This document shows, piece by piece, positions 56,804-64,000 of a stretch of DNA of 64,000 bases. This DNA comes from Candidatus Nomurabacteria bacterium (GTDB taxonomy: Bacteria > Patescibacteriota > Minisyncoccia > Phycocordibacterales > SBAW01). Both the position numbers and the translations under genes were made by a program. Location of the stretch: contig JADZGF010000003.1 in assembly GCA_020854065.1 (NCBI GenBank), positions 96,913-160,912 on the forward strand, read 5' to 3'. Numbering within the stretch: the stretch's first letter is position 1; each line of letters opens with the position of its first letter. The notes below the pieces were generated by a model, which made no database searches, was not told the origin of the DNA, and saw nothing but the letters and a program-made list of their open reading frames with translations.

Positions 56804-57400
56804 TTACAACCACGGAATGGCGTATTGCTCAAACTCCGGAAGGAGTTTTTTGTCATACAAAAGGCGTGAAATAACTTCGGCATTATATTTCGCACCCGTG
56901 AGTGCGTTATGCGGTTCTGGCTCCTCAGGCATACCGCAATAGACGGCAATTGCTTTAAGTCCAAGCGCCGTGTGGTGTTTATCCGGATCAATTGGGGGAG
57001 TCATTCCCCTCTTTATCATATGCTCATAGGCAAGGGAGTGGATATCGATAATCCGATGTGCAAACGGCCAGGCAGTATGCCCAGCGCGACGTGCGGCTGC
57101 CTGGAGGAAATAGGTATCCGTAAAGACATTTTGACCAGCAATGGTGTGATCCTGCATACCCACACCAAAGGCAATAAACTTCTGGACCAACTCAGCTTCA
57201 GACTGCTTCGAAGGGTCTGTTGCCTGCTCGCGGGTAAAGCCACAGACTGCCAAAGCCTCGTCTTCGATCTTTGCCCCATCCCACGCACGGCACTCTTCGT
57301 ATAACTGCCGTGACGGATTATCTAAATCAACCGCCCCTACACTCAAAATCGAGTGGAGAGTCGGCTCAAGCCCGGTCATTTCGCAATCAACGACTAACAT
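56804..57400 (-). CDS. DEDDh 3'-5' exonuclease
   Basis: VDCEMTGL, GQNV..D..FL, ID.HS, PHNAL; ATG 57400 6 nt after TATAAT. Confidence 0.88.
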   Translation of the reverse strand: MLVVDCEMTGLEPTLHSILSVGAVDLDNPSRQLYEECRAWDGAKIEDEALAVCGFTREQATDPSKQSEAELVQKFIAFGVGMQDHTIAGQNVFTDTYFLQAAARRAGHTAWPFAHRIIDIHSLAYEHMIKRGMTPPIDPDKHHTALGLKAIAVYCGMPEEPEPHNALTGAKYNAEVISRLLYDKKLLPEFEQYAIPWL

Positions 57401-57407
57401 GCTGCGA

Positions 57408-57671
57408 TTATACCTCAGGAGCGCCAAACACCTTAGTGGTCCAATCGTTTGCCTTCCCTACAAATCTATGGAGATTGGGATATTTAATCGTGTGTTTGTC
57501 CATCCATGCACGCAACCGTGGGCTATACATTGAAAAGAGGAGTGCCGAGATAGCTAAAAACAGCCACCCTTGGAGTACGGGCAACACCAGACCTGCCAAG
57601 CCCAATACAAAAAAGAAACTGGCCAAGGTCAGGATGAGAATTTTCTTTAGTTTTTTCTTAAGCATTGCCAT
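57408..57671 (-). CDS. small membrane protein (PGPGW/DUF454-like)
   Basis: LGLAGLVLPVLQGWLFL hairpin. Confidence 0.75.
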   Translation of the reverse strand: MAMLKKKLKKILILTLASFFFVLGLAGLVLPVLQGWLFLAISALLFSMYSPRLRAWMDKHTIKYPNLHRFVGKANDWTTKVFGAPEV

Positions 57672-57673
57672 AT

Positions 57674-58024
57674 CTATAATCCCGGACAGTTTGCTGCAGG
57701 CCCATACCCTGCTGCCTCTGCTGCAGTAGTCGAATCAAACCACACCTTGTTCTCCTCGTTTATACGGTTAGCCCCACCGCACGAAGGAAGGTAGTACTTA
57801 CTCCCATTTTTAGACGCCACGTACTTCCCTGCCCCTGAAGGAGCCGCGGAAGCCACCGAAGCTGCCTGGGTAGAGCTCCCAGGCATCACTGCGCCGTTAA
57901 TTACCAGACGGGGACCCTCCAACTGGCTTACCGAAAGCCTCCCAAGGCCAAAACAGGCAAGTCCTACCAGGGCCACCATGGCCGGGATGAGCAGGGGCTC
58001 AATGGTCTTGCTAAAGTCGTTCAT
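57674..58024 (-). CDS. membrane-anchored protein with Ada-metal-binding-like domain
   Basis: [27 protein letters not shown]...AEAAGY.PA.NC; ATG 58024. Confidence 0.75.
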   Translation of the reverse strand: MNDFSKTIEPLLIPAMVALVGLACFGLGRLSVSQLEGPRLVINGAVMPGSSTQAASVASAAPSGAGKYVASKNGSKYYLPSCGGANRINEENKVWFDSTTAAEAAGYGPAANCPGL

Positions 58025-58044
58025 CCCTGCTATTGTACACGCAT

Positions 58045-58323
58045 ATGGCAAGTAAGAAAGCCGGCGGAACAGCGAAAAACCTGACCGATTCAAAGCCCAA
58101 ATATTTGGGCGTTAAACTCTATGCCGGAGAGGTTGCAAAGCCGGGCGATATCATCGTACGCCAGCGTGGTACCAAAATGATGCCGGGCAAGCATGTCGGA
58201 TTGGGTAAAGACCACACTCTTTTTGCACTCAAAGAGGGCGTTGTCTCCTTTAACTTCGTCCGCAAGACCGGCTTTACCGGTCGCACCGTTAAACGCTCCC
58301 GCGTCGACGTCTCCCCTCGCTAA
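58045..58323 (+). CDS. rpmA: 50S ribosomal protein L27
   Basis: [30 protein letters not shown]. Confidence 0.97.
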   Translation: MASKKAGGTAKNLTDSKPKYLGVKLYAGEVAKPGDIIVRQRGTKMMPGKHVGLGKDHTLFALKEGVVSFNFVRKTGFTGRTVKRSRVDVSPR

Positions 58324-58337
58324 TATTTCTCACATAA

Positions 58338-58368
58338 CAAAAGCCCCTGCGCAGGGGCTTTTGTTTTT
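58338..58368. terminator. bidirectional terminator
   Basis: CAAAAGCCCCTG-CG-CAGGGGCTTTTG. Confidence 0.85.
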
Positions 58369-58371
58369 GGG

Positions 58372-58602
58372 CTACTCTTCGCTTCCGTCATCCGAGTTAC
58401 GTCCTCCGCCCCTACTGTTCTGCCCTCCGATGCGCCCAGCCGCAGCTGCCTTCTCTCTATCGTTGGCAAAGTTCCCTGGATTGTTCTCTTTGCCTTGCGA
58501 CTTGCCACCTTTCGACGCTATCTCTCGTTGTCTATCTTCATCCATCGAGGCAAAGCCGCGATTGCTGGTGCCGTTATCGTCATCTCTTTCTAGCTCCTCC
58601 AT
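58372..58602 (-). CDS. KGG-repeat general stress protein
   Basis: RGFASMD..RQREIASKGG, NFANDREKA..AGR.GG. Confidence 0.9.
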   Translation of the reverse strand: MEELERDDDNGTSNRGFASMDEDRQREIASKGGKSQGKENNPGNFANDREKAAAAGRIGGQNSRGGGRNSDDGSEE

Positions 58603-58719
58603 AGTGTTATGTAGGTTAGTGTGCGAGTAATGCTCGACCGCGGCCCGAGCCCTGTTGCGCAGACGGGCAGGCCTAACAAGCAGTATGCCGGAGTATGCAT
58701 GAACGCGAGGTTAAAGTGG

Positions 58720-59166
58720 CTATTGTGCTGACACCGATACGCTAAACGGTACCTTTTTGTGTGCGGAGTTTTGTAGCTCGATAGTATGCACCCCGACCGT
58801 CTTTATTGCCACAGCAATAACGATTGAGTCCTCAGGAATCTCAAGACTATGTTCCGCTCTGATTGCTTTAGCCACATCACGTGGGGTGATTGCTTTAAAA
58901 AGACCTCCTTTTTCGGTCGCACGTGCAGGAATCGTGACGGTTTTGCCGTTCAATGACTTAACTTTGCTATCAAGCTCTGCTGCTTGTTTCTTTGCTTCCT
59001 CAGCACGCGCTTCTGCTTGTGCCGCTACCTGGGCAATCTTTTCTTCCGTTGCCGGTTCAGCAAGCTTATGTGCAAAGAGATAGTTACGTGCAAAACCGTC
59101 TGCAACATCACAGACGGTGCCAATTTGTCCTACATTACGCACGTCTTTGAGCAGTATTACCTTCAT
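58720..59166 (-). CDS. rplI: 50S ribosomal protein L9
   Basis: MKVILLKDV...G..G....VADGFARNYL. Confidence 0.96.
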   Translation of the reverse strand: MKVILLKDVRNVGQIGTVCDVADGFARNYLFAHKLAEPATEEKIAQVAAQAEARAEEAKKQAAELDSKVKSLNGKTVTIPARATEKGGLFKAITPRDVAKAIRAEHSLEIPEDSIVIAVAIKTVGVHTIELQNSAHKKVPFSVSVSAQ

Positions 59167-59186
59167 AGAGGCAATAATACCCTTCT

Positions 59187-60389
59187 TTAGCGTCCTGCCA
59201 AGTATGCCTTTGCGGCTTCGAGTTGCGGATCACGCTCTGCAGCACGATCTTCAGAAGTACGCTCGACGACAATATCAGGGGTCAATCCTCCGTTGCTGAT
59301 TGAGGAACCATCTGGCGTGAGCCACTGCGCCACAGTTACTTTCAACTCTGCGCCACCACCAATATCAAGGAGTTGCTGCACAGAGCCTTTTCCGAACGTG
59401 CGCTCCCCTACGATCGTCGCAACACCATGCTGCTGCAGTGCTCCTGCCAAAATCTCAGAGGCAGAGGCGGAGCCTTGATTCACCAACACCACCATTTGAA
59501 GGCCTTTGCCCGCAAATACGTTATATCCAGCTGAGCGATGCACACCATTTGAGCGATTGCCTTGGTAGTCTTCCGTCACGACGACCTCACCCACGGGGAG
59601 GAAATAGCTTGCCATACTTACGGCTGCTTCGAGGTAGCCGCCTGGGTTGCCGCGGAGATCAAGAATGAGTTTCTTTTTGCCACTTTGTACAAACTCGCGC
59701 AATGCACCACGGAACAGTTCTGGTGAGTTGGCAGAGAAGCTATAGAGTTCGATGATAAAGACATCGCCGGAGACTTCAGTCTCAAGCAGTGGAATATTTA
59801 TAGTGTCACGCGTAAGGGTGGTCTCAATCGGCGCCGTGCGACCCGGACGACCAAACATGATGGTAACGGTGGTTCCTTTTTCACCGCGAATCAATTTAAC
59901 CGCTTCTTCAACAGGCATATCCGCAGATGGTTTGCCATCAATTGCGAGCACCTTGTCGCCACTTTGGACTCCTGCTCGATCTGCTGGCGTACCTTTAATT
60001 GGAGACACGACCGTGAGCACCTCGTCACGGATACCAAGCTCCATACCGACACCGCTAAAGGTGCCGCTAATTTCTTCGTTAAACGCTTCTGCTTCAGCTG
60101 GTGGGAAAAAGACGGTATATGGATCACCATAGCTCTCAGTCAAACCTTTGATTGCGCCGTGGATCTTTTCACGCTCCGTTGGGTCAGTCGATGAACCAGT
60201 CTTAATATAGTGCTCCTCTAAGAGCTCCCATGCACGCCAAAATTGTGCGAGATCTGCAGCAGAAGTGCCGGGAATGGCAGCCGTAGCAGAAGGACCCGCC
60301 CCACCAGAGACACCGGTAAAAAGCCCTGCACCAAACACAAGGACCACTATCGCAAACGCACCCGCCGCGAGGGCCTTGGCACTGTTCAT
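59187..60389 (-). CDS. S41 carboxyl-terminal protease (CtpA-like) with PDZ domain
   Basis: GDPYT, FSGVG, LDLRGNPGG, SASASE, TFGKGSVQ. Confidence 0.92.
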   Translation of the reverse strand: MNSAKALAAGAFAIVVLVFGAGLFTGVSGGAGPSATAAIPGTSAADLAQFWRAWELLEEHYIKTGSSTDPTEREKIHGAIKGLTESYGDPYTVFFPPAEAEAFNEEISGTFSGVGMELGIRDEVLTVVSPIKGTPADRAGVQSGDKVLAIDGKPSADMPVEEAVKLIRGEKGTTVTIMFGRPGRTAPIETTLTRDTINIPLLETEVSGDVFIIELYSFSANSPELFRGALREFVQSGKKKLILDLRGNPGGYLEAAVSMASYFLPVGEVVVTEDYQGNRSNGVHRSAGYNVFAGKGLQMVVLVNQGSASASEILAGALQQHGVATIVGERTFGKGSVQQLLDIGGGAELKVTVAQWLTPDGSSISNGGLTPDIVVERTSEDRAAERDPQLEAAKAYLAGR

Positions 60390-60434
60390 ATCACTGCACA
60401 GTATATCATAGAGCCTTGTTATACTGAGGAGTAC

Positions 60435-61916
60435 ATGGGGCTTTTATCATATCTCCGCGCACACCTTTTACGCACACAAACACCGGCACGCAATGATTTG
60501 CCTCCGTTGCGCTTCACGAACACGCTCTCGGGTGAACAAGAGGAGTTTAAGCCACTTGGTGGTCCGGTAAAAATGTACAACTGCGGACCGACCGTGTATG
60601 ACCGCCAACACATCGGCAACCTCCGTCCGTATGTATTTGCTGACACCCTTCGCCGCACCCTTAACACCTGGGGTCATCCCGTTGAACAAGTCATTAACAT
60701 CACCGACGTTGGACACCTAACCGGAGACAATGTGGGCGATGCTGATATTGGTGAAGATAAGTTAGAAGCCGCTGCTGCACGCAAAGGCCAGTCCGCTCAG
60801 ACGATTGCCGAGGAAGTAACCGGCTGGTGGTTCGATGATTTGGATGCACTCGGTATTGAACGCAAACGCATCACCTTCCCCAAAGCAACCGAATATATCG
60901 GTGAGATTATCGCACTGGTTAAAACACTTGAGCAGAAAGGATACGCATACCGCACCCCTGATGGCGTCTACTACGACACCGCTAAATTTAGTGGATACGG
61001 CAAACTCGGCAAAGTTAATATTGCTGGTCAATTGGCCGGTGCCCGCGTTGAAGAGAATCCGCATAAAAAGAATGCGCATGACTTTGCGCTTTGGAAGTTA
61101 AGCAAAGAGCACGAAAGCCGCCAGCAAGAATGGGAGAGCCCGTGGGGTGTTGGCTACCCTGGCTGGCACATTGAGTGCACCGCCATGATCTTTAAGCTCC
61201 TCGGCAAACAGATCGACATCCACACTGGTGGCGTCGACCATATTCCGGTGCACCACAACAACGAAATCGCACAAGCTGAAGTACTGACGCAAAAACAGTA
61301 CGTACGCTACTGGATGCACAATGAGTTCATTACGATTGAGGGTAAAAAGATTAGTAAATCGATTGGCAACACGATTTATCTCTACCAGATTACTGACCGT
61401 GGATACTCCCCTCGCGCACTACGTTACCTCTACTTAACTGCCCACTACCGCTCCCCTATGAACTTTACGTGGGCTGCAATCGAAGCTGCTGACCAGGCAC
61501 TACTGCGCCTCAATCGTATGTATCTGGAATTGCCACCCTCTGGTATGCCGGCAGACGAAAAATTTGCGAAAGGTTTCTATGCCGCACTCGCCGATGATTT
61601 AGACACACCGCTGGCTATCGCTCGTTTATGGGAAGCAGTCCGTGATCCTTCTATGCCCCCTACCGTGAAGCGTGCATGCCTTGCGATTGCGGATGAGGCA
61701 CTCGGTCTTGGATTAGCACTGCCACGCAAGCAGGTAAAACTAGAAGTCATTCCCCTCTCCCAGCTTCCTGAAGAAGTTACCGAATTGATTGATGAGCGCG
61801 AACAAGCACGACTTTCAAAAGACTTTGGTATTGCTGATGATCTGCGTGCAAAGATTGAACGGTTGGGATACACGGTGAAAGATTCTCCTGAGGGGCCTAA
61901 GGTATCAAAAAAATAA
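60435..61916 (+). CDS. cysS: cysteine--tRNA ligase
   Basis: CGPTVY..HIGN, DFALWK, PGWHIEC, H.GG.D...HH.NEIAQ, KISKS; ATG 60435. Confidence 0.96.
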   Translation: MGLLSYLRAHLLRTQTPARNDLPPLRFTNTLSGEQEEFKPLGGPVKMYNCGPTVYDRQHIGNLRPYVFADTLRRTLNTWGHPVEQVINITDVGHLTGDNVGDADIGEDKLEAAAARKGQSAQTIAEEVTGWWFDDLDALGIERKRITFPKATEYIGEIIALVKTLEQKGYAYRTPDGVYYDTAKFSGYGKLGKVNIAGQLAGARVEENPHKKNAHDFALWKLSKEHESRQQEWESPWGVGYPGWHIECTAMIFKLLGKQIDIHTGGVDHIPVHHNNEIAQAEVLTQKQYVRYWMHNEFITIEGKKISKSIGNTIYLYQITDRGYSPRALRYLYLTAHYRSPMNFTWAAIEAADQALLRLNRMYLELPPSGMPADEKFAKGFYAALADDLDTPLAIARLWEAVRDPSMPPTVKRACLAIADEALGLGLALPRKQVKLEVIPLSQLPEEVTELIDEREQARLSKDFGIADDLRAKIERLGYTVKDSPEGPKVSKK

Positions 61917-61948
61917 TTCCCATACAGCAGTTAAGCCGTATGGGAATT
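61914..61948. terminator. hairpin/terminator between convergent genes
   Basis: AATTCCCATAC-N-GTATGGGAATT. Confidence 0.6.
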
Positions 61949-61957
61949 GTGGGCGAT

Positions 61958-62266
61958 TTATTGCCCCATCTGGTTTTCTCTGGCGCGTTCTGCGCGCAAT
62001 TTTGCAATACGTTTTTCTCTTTCTTTACGCTTAAGCTCCCACAAATACAGGTGGCGAGTTCGGACAACACTCGGGGGTCGCTTTAACTTCAGCACCCACT
62101 CGCCGAACTGTTTTTCCGTCGGTGTTGATGTAGAGAGAAGCAATTCGTCGTCTTTCTTGCTCCACTTGGTGACTCCCTTGGAGCCTGCCTGGACTCCGAG
62201 TCCCCCGCCGTAGTGCGCATGGTACCGGCCTTTTGACACCTTCTCGATTCGCCCGTAACTCATCAT
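61958..62266 (-). CDS. hypothetical basic protein
   Basis: 102-aa ORF with GGGGG SD-like element, fills the cysS-dnaB gap. Confidence 0.5.
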   Translation of the reverse strand: MMSYGRIEKVSKGRYHAHYGGGLGVQAGSKGVTKWSKKDDELLLSTSTPTEKQFGEWVLKLKRPPSVVRTRHLYLWELKRKEREKRIAKLRAERARENQMGQ

Positions 62267-62408
62267 TTCCCCCTGTGGGTTGAACTACCAAAGGGGATAA
62301 TACAACACAGATTATTTTTGTCTAGTATTTTCTATCCCCTATTTATCCACTTTGTGAGGGACCTATACACAAGTTGGACACGCGCCTCTGTGGGAGTACT
62401 CTTAAGCT

Positions 62409-63791
62409 ATGACTAAAGCCGGGTCTTCTATGCGTCTGCCACCACAGACACTCGAAAGCGAACGTGCGTTTTTAGGTGCGCTCATGATTCGCCCTGAGGC
62501 GATGATTGAAACGACCGATGTTATCACCGAAGATGCGTTCTATGCAGAAAAGCATCGGATCATATATCGTGCTGCATTGGCGCTCCACAACCGAGCTGAA
62601 CCAATCGACATTGAGTCTCTCCGTGCAAAACTCTCTGACCTCGGACAACTTGAACAGGTCGGTGGCGTTTCGTATCTGCAGGAGTTGGCAGCGGATGTGC
62701 CCGCTGCAAGCAATGCCCGCCACTATGCAAGCCAAGTGCAAAAGAAGCACATGCTCCGCCAACTTATCAACGCAGGTGAATATGTCGCAGAACTTGGGTT
62801 TGATGAAAGCGAAGAGTTGGACGAAACGCTGGATAAGGCGGAGAAAAAGATCTATGAAGTAACGTCGATGCCGACGCTCTCTAAGTTTGTTGCCCTTGGT
62901 GACTCACTTAAAGAAGCGTGGGTACGCCTTGAACACCTGCACGAGCATAAAGATGAGATACGCGGCGTACGCTCCGGCTTTAAAGACCTCGACAATATGT
63001 TGGCAGGTTTCCAAAAGTCGGATCTCATCATTCTTGCGGCACGTCCGAGTATGGGTAAGACCTCGCTCGCACTTGATATTGCACGCCAGGCGGCAATCAA
63101 TCACAAAGCAGTCGTCGGTATCTTCTCTCTCGAAATGGCAGCGCAGCAATTAATTGATCGTATGGTTGCTGCGGAAGCGAAAGTAAACTCATGGAATCTG
63201 CGTACGGGTCATATCAATGACCAAGAAGATTGGGGTCGCATCCGTGAAGCATATGAGCGCTTGGGTCAGGCTCCTATATACATTGATGACCAGCCGGGCA
63301 ACAACATCCTTAAAATGCGCGCCGTTGCACGCCGCCTCAAGCGTGAGCATGGACTCGACATGATTGTGATCGACTACCTCCAGCTCATGGTCCCCACCAA
63401 TTCGCGTGCACAGGATAACTTGGTGCAGCAAGTAACCGAGATCTCGCGCTCATTGAAGCAGCTTGCCCGCGAAATGGACGTTCCAGTCATTGCCCTCTCG
63501 CAGCTTAGCCGTGCGGTGGAGCAGCGCGGTGGCAAACCACGTCTCTCCGACTTGCGCGACTCCGGCTCTATTGAGCAGGACGCCGACGTCGTTATGTTCA
63601 TCCATCGCGACGACAAGATCAACAAAGAGTCAGATCGCCCTAACATTGCAGAGATCTTGGTGGAGAAGCACCGTAACGGCCCCGTGGGCAAAGTTGAACT
63701 CTTCTTCGATGACAAGCGCACCACCTTTATGTCTCTGGAGAAGGCCGACCTTGCAGCCTTCGATAACGCAAGCTCCTTTGATAGTTTCTAA
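62409..63791 (+). CDS. dnaB: replicative helicase DnaB
   Basis: PPQ..E.E...LG, AARPSMGKT, DYLQL, LSQLSR, DLRDSGSIEQDAD, KHRNGP; no intein. Confidence 0.97.
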   Translation: MTKAGSSMRLPPQTLESERAFLGALMIRPEAMIETTDVITEDAFYAEKHRIIYRAALALHNRAEPIDIESLRAKLSDLGQLEQVGGVSYLQELAADVPAASNARHYASQVQKKHMLRQLINAGEYVAELGFDESEELDETLDKAEKKIYEVTSMPTLSKFVALGDSLKEAWVRLEHLHEHKDEIRGVRSGFKDLDNMLAGFQKSDLIILAARPSMGKTSLALDIARQAAINHKAVVGIFSLEMAAQQLIDRMVAAEAKVNSWNLRTGHINDQEDWGRIREAYERLGQAPIYIDDQPGNNILKMRAVARRLKREHGLDMIVIDYLQLMVPTNSRAQDNLVQQVTEISRSLKQLAREMDVPVIALSQLSRAVEQRGGKPRLSDLRDSGSIEQDADVVMFIHRDDKINKESDRPNIAEILVEKHRNGPVGKVELFFDDKRTTFMSLEKADLAAFDNASSFDSF

Positions 63792-64000
63792 ATGAACCCG
63801 ATTGATACGCTTACACAACTATTCGAGAAGTTCCCGGGGATAGGTCCTCGGCAGGCACGACGCTTCGTCCAATATCTATTGGTCTCTGGCCAAGGAACCC
63901 GACTTGAGATTGCAGAGGTCATTAAAAACCTCGGGACTGAGACCAGTCAGTGCAAAAGATGCTATCGCTGGTTTGTGGGCAAAAGCGGTACCTGCACGAT
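63792..64000 (+). CDS. recR: recombination mediator RecR (5' part)
   Basis: LFEKFPGIGPRQARR HhH motif followed by CKRC...C zinc finger; truncated by the window. Confidence 0.88.
   Translation, partial: MNPIDTLTQLFEKFPGIGPRQARRFVQYLLVSGQGTRLEIAEVIKNLGTETSQCKRCYRWFVGKSGTCT

Noticed and set aside
60243-60434. Long N-terminal extensions in the ORF track for cysS (also 48856, 45450, 42978, 28983)
   Set aside because: They overlap other genes; downstream ATGs fit homology and promoter spacing

Overview
A gene-dense 64 kb chromosomal segment, mostly on the + strand, that looks like a Patescibacteria/CPR genome (Parcubacteria-like). This is inferred from shortened housekeeping proteins, a sigma70-r4/HTH gene, an FtsA-like/baseplate-J-like pair, a VirB2-like pilin and the absence of biosynthetic pathways. 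The core carries six aminoacyl-tRNA synthetases (leuS, alaS, trpS, aspS, gltX, cysS), the infA-rpmJ-rpsM-rpsK-rpsD-rpoA-rplQ-rplM-rpsI block, rpmA, rplI, grpE-dnaK-(ABC)-dnaJ, scpAB, mraY-ftsW-murG, mltG, mnmA, ychF, ung, dnaB, the start of recR and tRNA-Pro(GGG). Small accessory insertions lie between these genes. No rRNA, CRISPR array, integrase or transposase was found. Highlights: (1) an unannotated ~290-nt highly base-paired RNA-like element (52901-53187) with alternative pairings, between a transglutaminase-like gene and a TIR/NDT-like gene; (2) a self-contained two-gene module of a 5-repeat basic protein plus a ParB CTPase with an extra Myb-like C-terminal HTH (22507-24620); (3) at least 17 genes with a -10 box 6-8 nt before the start codon and mostly no Shine-Dalgarno (SD), suggesting pervasive leaderless transcription, while several accessory genes do carry an SD; (4) a Nudix-like domain inserted in LeuRS and a large deletion in YchF; (5) two small ORFs below the 60-aa cut-off of the ORF track. 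All calls come from reading the sequence by eye; no searches or folding programs were run.
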